A stretch of 63,023 nucleotides of DNA, counting the filler, from Ginglymostoma cirratum (taxonomy: Eukaryota): NCBI GenBank assembly GCA_024137785.1. It is 4 parts of 4 records of this genome, joined end to end, with 100 filler letters (N's around TTAATTAATTAA, not from the genome) between each part and the next. Parts side by side here need not be neighbours in the genome. Positions count along the whole stretch, not along the records: positions 28,894 to 44,183 come from JAHRHZ010000085.1; positions 44,284 to 48,136 come from JAHRHZ010000076.1; positions 48,237 to 63,023 come from JAHRHZ010000115.1; 1 more part is not named here. The stretch is one strand, 5' to 3'. A program made the translations under genes and the position numbers. Shown here piece by piece: positions 41,100 to 53,541 of this stretch. Position 1 is the stretch's first letter, and the number at the start of each line of letters is the position of its first letter. Under the pieces are notes generated by a model. It was given only the letters and a program-made list of their open reading frames with translations, was not told the origin of the DNA and did not search any database.

Positions 41100-42165
41100 G
41101 GGACATCCAGAAGGCCTTTGACAAGGTGCAGCACAGAAGGTCGCTGAATAAGATTACAACCTTCTTAAGCGCAAGGTACTGGCACTGATAGAGGATCGGC
41201 TGGCTGGCAGAAAGCAGAGATTTTGGATAAAGAGATCTTTTCCAGGGTGGCAGCCGGTGACTAGTGGACCTCAACAGGGATCAGTGTTGGGACCAAAGCC
41301 ATTCACGTCTTATATTAACAATCTGCATGAGCGCATTGTTGTTATGTTTGCAGATGACAAAGATAGGTGGAGTGGTGGGTAGTGTCAAGAAGCAGGAAGG
41401 CTGCAGAAGGACTTGGATAGTCGAGGTGTGTGGGCAAAGAAGTGGCAGATGCAAAACAATTGGGAAAGTGCAACGTTTTGTGCTTTGGTAGGAAGGATAG
41501 CAGCATAGACTGTTTTCTGAATGGGGAAAGGCCTCAGAAATCTGAAACACAAAGGGCTATAATGCAAGAGCAGGGATGTACTGCTGAGTCTGTATAAGGC
41601 TCTGGTCAGACTGCAGTTGGAATATTGTTCACAGTTTTGGACTCCATATCTAACGAAGGATGTGCTGGTGTTGGAAAGGTTCCAGAGGAGGTTTATAAGA
41701 ATGATCCCATGATATAGTGCTTGTGTTACACAAGCTGTTGAGGATTCTGGTGTTGTACTCAATTGAGTTTAGAAAGATGATGGGGGAAATCTCATGAAGC
41801 TTACAGAATACTTAGGGGCCTGGAAAGAGTGGGTATGGAGAAGATGTTCCTTTAGTTAGAGAGTAAAGGACCTAAGAGCATACCCTCAGGGTGAAGGGAT
41901 GACCCTATATAACTGATATGAAGAGGAATTTCATGAAGAAATTCAGTAGGTGGTGAATCTGTGGAACTTATTACCACAGAAGTCTGTGGAAGCCAAGTTA
42001 TTGAGTGTATTTAAGACAGAAGTAAATAGGTTCTTGATTGGTAAGGTGATCAAAGATTACTGGGAAAAAGCAGGAGAATAGGAGTGAGAAATATCTCAGC
42101 CATGATTGAATGGCAGAGCAGACTCAATGGGCCAAATTGTTTGATTCTGCTCCTTTATCTTGTAT
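41100..42165 (+). mobile_element. CR1 LINE RT/3' portion in the V-C1 intron of gene 2
   Basis: DIQKAFDKV, FADDK and LVRLQLEYCSQFWTP remnants. Confidence 0.85.
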
Positions 42166-43611
42166 CATCTCTGTTAGAAATTCCCACTTTGGACCAAGTG
42201 ATCTGCACTGTAATACAGGTGCTGAATATTTTCATAATAAATCAAAGTTGCCAAGAAAACTTCAGCAGGCATGGTTTTATTTATATATATTACAACCTAC
42301 ATAATATTCGGGCAACAGCCTATTTGTGACTTTCACATTACAAATGTATTGGGTTGCAAACTGCAAACCTATGGGCTATATCAAGAGAAAGGTTCGTATT
42401 TTCTATTATGAGAATGTTGTGTGTTTCATATCGTTGAAAGCCACACATTGAAATGTGAGCCCTGTGTCTGTCCACAGGTGCTGCTAAACGTGTTGAATAA
42501 TTTAGTATTTTCTGGTTTTATTTCAGATATCTAGCATCCACTGGATTTTTCTTTCCTATATTTTATATATTATATTGCACGTTTTACTGCAACACACTGG
42601 ATACATTTTACTGAGCCACCAGAGAGATCTAATACTCCAGCAAATTCAATACTGAAGAAGGGTCACTGGACTCAAAGCATTAAATCTACTTTCTCTCACA
42701 GATGTTGCCAGACCTGCTGAGGTTTTCTAGCAATTTGTTTTTGTTTCTGCATCAAATCTGTTGTTTCAGTTGTGTGATGTATTTATTATTTTGCAATGCA
42801 GCACTTTGATTCTTTTTCTGCTGGGGTGCTGACAAAATATCATCTGCCTAATGCAGTAACAAATGTGCTGTAACATAGTGCTGCATATGTGCTGTGTTAT
42901 AAGACAAACTTACCTTTGAAATTTACTTTAAATCATATTTTCTATTTTGCACCAGATAGTTTCACTTATGCTGCAAATGTTCATCAGTTTGTATCATTTA
43001 GGCATCTACTAACCCTCTAAAGAGATTAACTGAAATGAAATTACTTTGAGCATTTCCTGTTAGACCACAGTTATTGTTTTGTAATAAGATGTTTGCTATA
43101 CATACAGAACTTATCTTTCACTTTTTCATCATATTTTAATATTGAATATACATCAATACCATAACATCGGTGAATTGTATTAGTATGTGTTTTTAAAATG
43201 GAAGCGAGTTACCACTTTAGTATGATATTCCAACGATAAATCTATGCAGCTTTAGCTATTATATGAAAAGTAATGAAATGCCTGCTTTGGAAATTGGGAA
43301 TAGCACAGTTCCAATCTGGTAAAATGAAAATAATGCAACACAAAGGACATTTTCACAATCCGTTCTGTAAATTTATTCTGATATAAATGTATGATATCCA
43401 GTTAAAGATCTTCAAAAAATTTTGGAACTCACAGAATGAGCAGAAATATCTTTTTATTGTATCGTGAATAAAATGTTGTAGTAACTATTATAGGCCAAAA
43501 ACACTTTAATACACTCTACCAAATTATATCAAATAAAAGGAGGACAACTTCCCACTCATGACCAAATAATCTAAATATTAAACCTTACCTGTTTGCCTTT
43601 TCTTCCTACAG

Positions 43612-43908
43612 TTCCTCCAACTCCCCTACGGATTTTCTCCAAAGTATCTCCAAACTCCTCTCTTCTGGATCTCGTGTGTGAAACAAATTACTTTTATCCA
43701 GAGACGATCATTTTCAAATGGTACAAAGATGGAATTGAAATCACCATCCACCCAGAAGCAACCAAAGAATTAAACATAGAAGGGCTTTACAAAGTTTCCA
43801 GCCTTTTGAAGTCCATCCAGAGTAAAACTGTTTATACCTGTCAAGTATCTCACATCACCCTCCCGTGTCCAGCTAATTCGACATTTATCGTTCCAATTTC
43901 TAAACAAG
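43612..43908 (+). CDS. Non-rearranging VJ-C1 gene 2, C1-set Ig constant domain exon
   Basis: Acceptor tttcttcctacag| and donor CAAG|GTACTG; 297 nt, phase 1-1. LVCETNYFYPETIIFKWYKDG...GLYKVSSLL...YTCQVSHITL carries the C1-set motifs C-x4-FYP, W, and YxCxVxH. Confidence 0.92.
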
Positions 43909-44183
43909 GTACTGTGCTGACAGCTTTACAAACATAGCCGAATTGAAAGCGTAAATTGTGTCAGTGACATTAAGAAACTTGCTGGCATATTGGTTATATG
44001 GTAATGAAACTTCAGGCTGATGCTCTGGGAACGGGTTTGAATCTAACCAGGAGGATTAAACTTCAGGCTGCTCAATTCACGGGAAAATGTTGCCCCTGCT
44101 AGTCACTCTCAAGTCTCCTGAATGGAGAAAGAATGGCTGGCTGATAATGGAGATAAAAGGTACTGCAGATGCTGGAGAATCTG

Positions 44184-44283
44184 NNNNNNNNNNNNNNNNN
44201 NNNNNNNNNNNNNNNNNNNNNNNNNNNTTAATTAATTAANNNNNNNNNNNNNNNNNNNNNNNNNNNNNNNNNNNNNNNNNNNN
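44184..44283. other. Artificial contig spacer
   Basis: Identical 100-nt spacer. Confidence 0.97.
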
Positions 44284-44587
44284 TGATCGTTTAACAACGG
44301 GAGGCTTTGAAACCCATTTTTAGGTTTTCTAAAAGATGAAAAATGAGCGGTAGTGGGTGAATTGTTACATCCAATTATAGAACAATCAGATCGTCTTAAT
44401 TAGATTTCACAGGATGAGCAAAATCATTTTATTCTCCCGAGTTTAACAACACAGTGCAAAGGACGTCGTGAAAACAATGAATTGCCTGTGGAACTGAGCG
44501 CGGAGTTTAAAGCTGGTGAAACTCTCCAAATGCTGCACCTGTCGCTTGTGTGATAACAGCTTGCAAACGATCAGCAGGAAGGCGATC

Positions 44588-44626
44588 GCTTTTTGCGCGG
44601 GTTCCCCCTGACTTTCTGTCACTGTG
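44588..44626 (-). promoter_or_regulatory. 23-RSS of the gamma-like V
   Basis: CACAGTG, 23-nt spacer, GCAAAAAGC. Confidence 0.93.
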
Positions 44627-45075
44627 AGCCCAGAAAGCACAGTAATAGACCCCAGAGTCATCCTCCTTGATATTCCTCATGAGCAAGCTGCATGTTTTGG
44701 TCTCAGAATTTTTTTCAGCAAGTACTGTTATGTCGGCGATATCGGACTGAGTTTCAGACGGATTCTTGAAATATAAAATGCGCTGTATCCGTTGACCCGG
44801 GATGTGCCGGTACCAGTGGATAACCGTATTGTCGAAGTCTCTCCCTTCATACTTACAGTCCAACCAAATTGTGTTCCCCGGAGCTCTGATCATTGACATT
44901 GGAGACTGAGTCAATGTTTGACCAATAGATTTCCCTGCCGGTGAAAAAGATTGCAAATCAAGTTATTTGTGAATACAGAGATCACAGAATGTTGAACAAT
45001 GGAAGTAAGCAATTGGAACCTACTGTACTGACCGAGGAGAGAGATTAGAAAAATCGCAAGGATGTGGCCCTTCAT
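44627..45075 (-). CDS. TCR V gene segment, gamma-like; leader 45075-45033 and V exon 44934-44627; apparently functional
   Basis: Leader MKGHILAIFLISLL(G) with a phase-1 donor (alternative donor 9 nt downstream). V exon KSIGQTLTQSP..IWLDC..VIHWYR..QRILY..DSGVYYCAFWA ends at an RSS. IHWY, RILY and YYCAxW are TCR-gamma-type motifs. Confidence 0.85.
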
Positions 45076-45429
45076 GATGATGTGGTCAACAAGAAACTGT
45101 ATTCCATTTGGTAAAAGTCCTCAAGAGGTCAGTGCAAATACCGGAAAGATGTCATTCGGTTTTACCCAATGCTGAATCTTCCTGTGGCCTCAAGAATGAC
45201 GTTCCGTTGAATGGGTGGGCGTTTTCACCTTGTTATTGACAGTTTCACTTCAATCCACCCGTCACCTCAACCGTGTCGTTCTGTCTCTATTGCAAGTGTT
45301 GATCGCTAACCGCGTAAATTGCTTTCCACTTTTGCCCCAGACTATCTCTCTTGTAGGTTTCGCTGTGTTTCCTTGTCCATTCCAAAAGCTCAATTGAAAA
45401 TAACATTAAAGATCTAGTTTTTTGTATTT

Positions 45430-45720
45430 TAGAGTCATAGAGATGTAGAGCATGGAAACAGACTCTTCGGTCCAACTCGTCCGTGTCGCCCAGATATAGT
45501 AAATAAATCTAGTCCCATTTGCCAGCATTTGGCCTAAATCTCTCTAAACCCTTCCAATTCATATACCCATCCAGATGCTTTTTAAATGCTGTAATTGTAC
45601 CATACTCTACCACTTCCTCTGGCAGCTCTTTCTACAAACGCACCACCCTCAGCGTGAAAAATTTGCCCCTTAGGCCCCTTTTAAATCCTTCCCCGCTCAC
45701 GTTAAACCTATGTCCTGTAG
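45430..45720 (-). mobile_element. CR1 3' end
   Basis: Reverse complement of the 9340-9590-type tail. Confidence 0.75.
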
Positions 45721-46699
45721 TTTACTTATTCAGAGATTTATCGCACACCTCTGGGCCAGAAGGGATTGAACTCAGATCTCATGGTGCAGATGCAGGGCAC
45801 CGCAAGAATCTTTAAATCTACCTTTCCTATTCCCGTGACGATTTTGGACAACTGAAAGAAGGTTTCTCTGCCTCGTCCCAAACCCTGCCAGAACCTACAG
45901 CCGAAAATCCCTCCATCTTTGTGCGTAGGTCAAACCGCGAACACTGAAAGCTGTCTTATGACATCTCTGTTATCAGCCCCAGTTTGTCTTGTGTGGGTGA
46001 CCAGAGATGGAAACATTACTCGATCCGGTCTGACCAGAGGCCCTTGCAGGTTTTCCGTTGCCTCCTCTAACTCGCTATCATTCCACCGACTTTCAGAGCA
46101 ATAAGTCAATTGCCAATACACACGCACCCGAAATGTTAACTTTTTTTTTCTTCACAGATGCTGCCAGGCCTGCTGAGCTTTTCCAGCAACTTTATTTTTG
46201 TTCCTGATTTACAGCATCCGCAGCTAATTCGGTTTTTTATAGTCAGTTGCCAATGCTGTTTGCTGTAGTTGACGATTGTGTATTGAAGCTACTGGGGTCC
46301 CCCTTTAACATCATTATTGCATTTTCAAACCAATTCATGCGAAAAGTACCCCCAATTATTTCGACCAGATGTGTAGTTCTTTTCTGTCTCTGTCTCTCGC
46401 ATTCTCAGGCTCCTACTTTTTTCTTTCTTTTGTCAGTACCTTTCACCTTTTCACTCTCAGCCTTTATCTCGCAATCTCTCTTTTGCGTTCTCCTGCCTTT
46501 TCCCTTTCCCGCTGCTGTCCTCCATTTCCTTTGGATCTGCCTTTCTCTGCTCAAGTCTTCTCATCCTGCTTTACACTGTCTTTCTTCGTTATCTGTCATG
46601 ATCTGTCAGTTTTGCTCCCTCTCTCATCTTCTTTCTTTCTCTCATTCTCTGTCCGTTATAATTTTCTCACTCTCTCTCTCACACTCACTCTGAAAATGA

Positions 46700-47390
46700 A
46701 GTACAGGGAAATTTAGCTGTGCTTGTACAACGAACGCAGAAATTTACCATATTTGTAACAAGCAATTAGGCAGGGAGATCATATTATTTGCCTTTCATGC
46801 CATTTCATAGCGTTAGGTACAAGACCATGGATGCCTTGCTACTAGTGTACTTGCCTTTGGTGAGACTCCATCTAGAATACTTCGTGAAGTTTTAGTTTAA
46901 GGTAGGACACATTGTCATAGCAGACAGTACATAAAATATTCACTTGATTATTTACTGGAAGGAAAGGGTTGTCCAAAAATGAGAGGCTGACCATAGAGCC
47001 TTCATGTGCTCCGGAGTTTAGAATGAGAGGTGATCGAATTGAAACACAAAATGTCCTGAAAGGTGTTCACGAGTTAGACGCAAGTCTAGTTTCCCCTGGT
47101 TGGAGGACATGGAGCGAGGATGGAATGGGACACAACTTAAGGTTAAGGAGTTAATTGTTCTGGAGCACGATGAGCAGAAATTTCGACATTGCGGGTTGTG
47201 AACCTTTGGAATTCCCTATCCAAAAGTTTGGTTCCATAACTGAATATATTCAAAGCCCAGACCACGAGAATTTTATTCTTTCGGAAAATCAGGGGATATA
47301 AGGAGTTGAGGCAAATCATCGATCGTAATTGTATCAAATGACGGAGCGGGCTCCAGGAAACATACTTTACCTCTCTTCCTGTTTCTTATT
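46700..47390 (+). mobile_element. Old CR1 3' portion
   Basis: LVRLHLEYFV remnant; agaatgagaggtgat motif. Confidence 0.65.
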
Positions 47391-48057
47391 GTGTCACTTA
47401 CTATTTTTCTCTCTCTTTCCTATGGCCGTTTGAAGTGAATACTGATGAATTCACGAGGCAAGAAGAAAGCAACCGATATCTTTTGGTGTCCTGACCAATA
47501 TTTATCTTCAACTACCATCACTAACTTAGATCTTTTACATAAACTTTAACCTTCTCGGAGGAATCTTGCGTGCAACTTGGCCGCTTCACATCTGTGATTT
47601 ACAGCCGCTTTAATAACGTGAAAATTTTTGGGACGTTTTCTGTTCGTGTAGCATAAAATAGAGACGAAGAGCACGGTAGTCCATTCGGCCCTTCGATCCT
47701 GTTCTGCCGTGCAAATTATCATGCCTGATCGCCTTTAAGAGTGCTATATTCCCCATTCAACCAGACCCCTTGATATCTTACAAGGAAAGAAACTGTTTGT
47801 AACATGCGATGCAAATACCAATCTTTTGCTTCAAAGTCAAATGAATCCGGCTCATGGATTGCATTGGCTGTCGGCAGATTCATCCCTGGCTTTTGAAAAA
47901 GAATTTAAGAACCTCGAGAGTAAAGAAAACATTTACAAGGATGATGCCGGGTCTGGAGGGTTTGAGCAGTAAGGGAAGACTAAATAGACTAGAGATAACA
48001 AGCATGGGGCTGGATGAACACAGCTGGTCAAGCAGCATCATAGGAGCAGGAAAACTT

Positions 48058-48085
48058 GACGTTTCGGGCCTAAACCCTTCATCAG
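48058..48085 (-). ncRNA. Minimal hammerhead ribozyme motif in the Penelope 3' region
   Basis: CTGATGA-A-GGG-tttagg-CCC-GAAA-C-GTC: intact CUGAnGA, GAAA and GUC core. Confidence 0.65.
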
Positions 48086-48136
48086 AAATGGGGGAGGGGA
48101 AGAGGGTTCTGAAATAAATAGGGAGAGACGGGGAGG

Positions 48137-48236
48137 NNNNNNNNNNNNNNNNNNNNNNNNNNNNNNNNNNNNNNNNNNNNTTAATTAATTAANNNNNNNN
48201 NNNNNNNNNNNNNNNNNNNNNNNNNNNNNNNNNNNN
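48137..48236. other. Artificial contig spacer
   Basis: Identical 100-nt spacer. Confidence 0.97.
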
Positions 48237-48694
48237 CGAAACTTCAGCTTTCCTGCTCCTCTGATGCTGTCTGGCCTGCTGTGTTCCTCCAGCTCCACAC
48301 CTTGTTATCTCTTCCTCCAGGTAGGCTGCCTTCCTGCTTGCCGCATCCTAACCCTTAATCCAGCCCCGCCCATTTCACAGAGCAGCCTATCAGCTTGCAG
48401 TTTCCTGACCCTGAACCAGTCCCGCCCAAAGTGAAGCAGTACAAAAGCAGCAATGCTCTCCCCATTCTCTGACTCAGCGATGTGTCTTTTTCAGTAGCTC
48501 TCTTCCCAGTTATTCCTCTCTTCTGCTGTTGTCCTGGTCTCCCTTTTTAACCTGGTAATTTATTCCCCATTCTCCCTGGTGATCTTGTGGAGTCTGTATA
48601 TTAAATTGTGTCTGGGATTGCTGAAAGTTTCGAGGATTCACTGTTAGTGTTTCAGATTTGAAATTATATATAAAATTCTATATAATCCCTATAT

Positions 48695-48980
48695 GTGTGG
48701 AAACAGAACATTCGGCCCAACTAGTCCATACTGACCCTTCAAAGAGCATCCCACCGAGACCCTTCTCCCTACCCTATGCCTATAACGTTGCCTTTCCCAT
48801 GGCTAACACACCTAGCCTAGACATGCCTGAACTCTATGGGCAATTTAGCATCTTTGGTTTGTGGGAGGAAATTGGAGCACCTGGCAGAAACTCCACACAG
48901 ACAGTTGTCCGGGAGTGGAATTGAAACTGGGTCCCTGGCACTGTGAGGCAGCAGTGCTAACCACTGAGCTACTGTACGGC
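48695..48980 (-). mobile_element. HE1-type shark SINE
   Basis: Same head, core and tail as 29800-30095, with internal deletions. Confidence 0.75.
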
Positions 48981-49494
48981 TGAACTTTGACGAATTTGAT
49001 TAAGACCTGCACGTGTGTTCTGTAGTTTCCTTCTCAATCTATGGTTAATTCTCAATCTTTTGTTCAGTTGGGAGTGGATTCAAATGCAATTGCAATGTTA
49101 CCAGTTCCCTCGAATCACCTTGGCGATGAGCCTCTTGAGGATATGGACCAGCAAAAGGCTGGTCAGGGTAACCCTGGAGGCAGATGCTGATAGGTCCATT
49201 TGCACACACCATCCAGGTTCACCATCTGACGGAATCAAGGGACCTGACATTCCTGGGACAGCCCAGTGTCCATCAAAACTGAAGTAGTTCAGGGCACATA
49301 GCAGCAGAATACACTGTGCAAGAATTGTAAACAAGAGGGGCACCTTACCAAAGACTGGAAGGAGGGAAAGAACTGCCAACTGTTTGGGGAGGCAGGTCAT
49401 CTTACAGAGCATGCCCACGATGTGGAGAGGGGGGTGGCGGCACACAAATGCTCAAATGATGAGCAATGGCAACATGAGCTGAGGACCCTCAAAA

Positions 49495-51132
49495 GGATAA
49501 CAAGGTGTAGAGCTGGATGAACACAACAGGCCAAGCAGCATCAGAGGAGCAGGAAAACTGACGTTTCGGGCCTAGACTGTTCTTCTGAAATGGGGGAGGG
49601 GAAGAGGGTTCTGAAATAAATAGGGAGAGAGGGGGAGGCGGATAGAAGATGGATAAAGGAGAAGATAGGTGGAGAGGAGACAGACAGGTCAAAGAAGCGG
49701 GGGTGGAGACAGGAAAGGTGAGTGTCGGTGGGGAGTTATGGAGAGGATAGGTCAGTCCAGGTCAAGGGGGCAGGATGAGGCTAGTAGGTCGGAGATGGGG
49801 TGGGGCTGGGGGTGGGAGGCGGGGATAGGTGGGAGGAAGGACAGGTTAGGGAGTCGGGGACAAGCTGGGCTGGTTTTGGGATGCGGTTGGGAGAGGAGAG
49901 ATTTTGAAGCTTGTGCAGTCCATATTGATACCATTGGGCAGCAGGGTTCCCAAGCGAAATATGAAGTGCTGTTCCAGCAACCTTCGGGTGGCATAGTTGT
50001 GGCACTGCAGGAGGCCCAGGTTAGACATGTCGTCTAAGGAATGGGAGGGGGAGTTGAAATGGTTTGCGACTGGGAGGTGCAGTTGTTTAGTGCAAACCGA
50101 GCATAGGTGCTCCGCAAAGTGGTTCCCAAGACTCTGTTTCCTTTCCCCAATGTAGAGGAGGCCACAACGGGAACAGCGGACATAGTATACCATATCAGCA
50201 GATGTGCAGGTGAACATCTGCTTGACATGGAAAATCTTCTTGGGGCCTGGAATGGGCTTGAGGGGGAGGGGGAGGTGTAGAGGCAGGTGTCGAACTTCCT
50301 GTGGTTGGAGGGAAAAGTGCTGGGTGTGACACGACTGGAGGGGAGTATGGAGCAGACCACAAGGCCCCAAGATCCCAGGCCTCAAGAAGACCCTACACAT
50401 CAAGCAGATGTTCACCTGCACATCTGCTCATGTGGTATACTGTATCCGAAGTTCACGTTGTGGCCTCCTCTAATCAGGGAAACCAAGCAGAGGCTTGGGG
50501 ACCACTTTGCAGTACACCTATGCTCAGTTCGCACTAAACAACTGCACCTCCCAGTCGTGAACCATTTCAACTCCCCCTCCCATTCCTTAGATGACATGTC
50601 CATCCTGGGCCTCCTGCAGTGCCACAACTGTGCCACCCAAAGGTTGCAGGAACAGCACCACATATTCCGCTTGGGACCCCTGTAGCCCAATGGTATCAAT
50701 GTGGATTTCACAAGCTTCAAAATCTCCCCTCCCCCTACTGCATCCGAAAACCAGCCCAAATTGTCCCCGACTCTCTAACCTGCCCTTCCTTCCACCTATC
50801 CCCTCCTCCCACATCAAGCCCCATCCACATCTCCTACCGACTTGCCTCATCCAGTCCCTTGACCTGTCCGTCCTCCCTGGACTGACCTATCCCTTCCCTA
50901 ACTCCACACCTGCACTCACCTTTACTTGCTCCATCCCCGCCTCTTCGACCTGTCTGTCTCCTCTCCATCCCATCTTCGCCTCTATCCATTTTCTATCCGA
51001 CTCCCCCCTCCCTAATTATTTCAGAATTCCCTTCCCCTCCCCCATTTCTGAAGAAGGGCCCAAAATGTCAGCTTTCCTGCTCCTCTAATGCTGTTTGGAC
51101 TGCTGTGTTCATCCAGCTCTACACCTTATTAT
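49495..51132. mobile_element. Penelope-like element in inverted (head-to-head) configuration
   Basis: GIY-YIG region and 3' end on the - strand (about 49495-50360), immediately mirrored on the + strand (about 50370-51132). Confidence 0.88.
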
Positions 51133-52706
51133 CGCATGGTAAAAATTTTGACAGTTTGACAATACAGCGAGCGGTACAATAGATAATGTGAATGACAATG
51201 GATCTGGCAGCTACGTAACTGTGTGTTAGACTCCTCCTTGGCTTCAGTGCACTTTTGTTCCATCTGCTGCCCTGTCACTTCATCGACTGACCAAAGTCAT
51301 CTGACTGTTGCTGGCTATAGCATTGGAAAGTTCTACAAAATAGAAAACAGCCCTTCGTCCCATGAAGTCTGCGTCAGTCAAAAACAAACACCTAACCATG
51401 CTAAATAACAAAAAATAAAACGAAAGAACTGCAGATGCTATAAATCACGAGTACAAATAGGAATTGTTGGAAAAACTCAGCAGATCTGTCAGTATCTGTG
51501 AAGAAAATGTCAGAGTGAATATTTCAAATCTGATAACCCTTCCTAACCATTTCCAGCACTTAGACCATAGCCTCGTATATTGTGATAGTGCAACTATACA
51601 TCTGAACACTTCTAAAATGTTATGAGTGTTTCAGATTCTGGAAGCCTTACAAGCAGTGAATTCCAGGACACTAAGAGATTTAAATTCCCAAACGTACTGT
51701 GATTTTATGCAACTGAGCATTTAGGGAGAATATGGAGAGGAATAACATACCACAGATGCTTAATACCATGATGGTGCCAGAAAACGAAATCCCCATGAGC
51801 CTCAGAAGAAAACCTGAGCGTAAGTCCAAGAGGCCCCCAGAAACCCATGTTTTCTGGTCCACAATACACTCAAAGGGGCCATGGTACAGACAAAGAAGAC
51901 AACATCGCTGTATGGTTTCCAGCCAAGAACTTTAGGGGAAGCAGCTATATGCACTGAATGATTATGCCACAGAGACTGACAGGAAACCAAGCGTGGGAGG
52001 AACCATAGTGTAGGAGTTAAAGTTTCAGATTGTAATTCTCAGAATCGAAATTGTCCTTTATCAGTTTCGACTTCACAACCTGAGTCAGGTTAGTTATGTG
52101 GCTTCATGATAAGACCATAATACGGAGCAGCAGAAGAAGATCATTCAACCCATTGAGTCTGCTCCGCAATTCTATGAGATGATGATAGATCTGATAATTG
52201 TCAACTCCATTTTGCTGCCTTTCCGTATAACCCTTGTTTTCCTTGTTGATTAATAATCGACTAATCTCATCCTTGAATAAATGTAACTAAAAAACACCTA
52301 GTCATCCCCAAGTGGTAAAAAAATTCCCTAAGTTCAGCAACTTCTAAGGGAAGAAGTTTCTCCTCATTTCTGCCTTATTTATGTGACCCTTATTCTCAGA
52401 ATATTCCCTCTGGTCCGGTAGAGTAGCAGAAAGGAGGACCAACCTTTCCTCACCTGCCATCTGAAGTCCCCTAAGAGTCCTGTTTGCTCCAACAAAGAGC
52501 CAGCTTTCTGTAGGACAGCGGCCCAGTGGTGTAAGATGTTGAATGACGATGCCCCTTCGCAATTGTTCCTGGCCCCATGTGATGCTTTCATCTCTGATGT
52601 GAAACTCTCACTGATTCTGACAGAGCTGCTCTGTTTATGCTGATTTTTACTGTTAAACTCATTGTCATTTTAAGTGTTTTTTTTTAAGAGAAAAATAAAT
52701 TCCTCA

Positions 52707-52778
52707 TTCCTTGACAGAGAAATGAATCGAAGTCACGGTGGTTACAGCGCTGAATTCTAAACGCCAGACCACGAAGGA
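52707..52778 (-). pseudogene. tRNA-Glu-derived pseudogene
   Basis: 72 nt TCCTTCGTGGTCTGGCGTTTAGAATTCAGCGCTGTAACCACCGTGACTTCGATTCATTTCTCTGTCAAGGAA, colinear with vertebrate tRNA-Glu; anticodon and stems mutated. Confidence 0.65.
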
Positions 52779-53541
52779 AGACATTACTTGTCCTTGTATC
52801 TTTTCTTAATGCTATCACCTTCGATTTTTCTTTTCATTTTGGATCACATTCATCAGTGATAATATTACGTTCCTTTCAAAATGATCGTGTCATCGAGTCT
52901 TTGCAGCACAGGAATAAACATCTTCGCCCATGGTCTCAATGCTAGTCATTTTTTCTTTTCCTATTTTCCAGCACTTGGCTCGCAACTTTTTATGACAACA
53001 CGTTTCAAGTGCACATCTAAATGACGTAATGTTTTTTCAATGTAACATTTTAATTACAAACGACACAACGAATGGGACGAAGTCTGAGAAGATAAAACAA
53101 TGCTCACATCCCCTTGGTGAAGCGAATCTCATTTTCACCCACAGAGGTAAACATACTGACACATCCCCAAACGTGACAGAGACTTCATGTGTTTAACTCC
53201 AGAAAGAAATGACTTGACTCATTCCTGACCTATTTTAAAGTTCAATGCCTGATCCTGAGTACCGCAATAAAAGGGATCATTCAGACATAACCTTGCTCAT
53301 GTTATGATTCCATTGTTTCCCCGTCAATCTGCAATTTAAACAATCCTGCCACACTAGGCCGTTGCTCACGCCAGTTCGTTCTTGCCTTCCGGTAGTTCCT
53401 GGGTGGACAATGAGGGATGTAGAGTTGCCAAACTCAAACAGATCAGACCAATACGCAACAGAAATTGAATTATATTACTATTGTTTCGCACAACACTTAA
53501 AATGTTCTCTTTCGTGTCAAAAGCAATCCAGAATTGAGGGA

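Larger units (their letters stand above)
47993..48310. mobile_element. Penelope-like 3' ends flanking a gap in opposite orientations
   Basis: Both sides of spacer 48137-48236 match the 3' end of the 19749-21311 element. Confidence 0.8.

Noticed and set aside
46247-46716. Hydrophobic ORFs resembling membrane proteins
   Set aside because: Translation of CT-rich low-complexity sequence.
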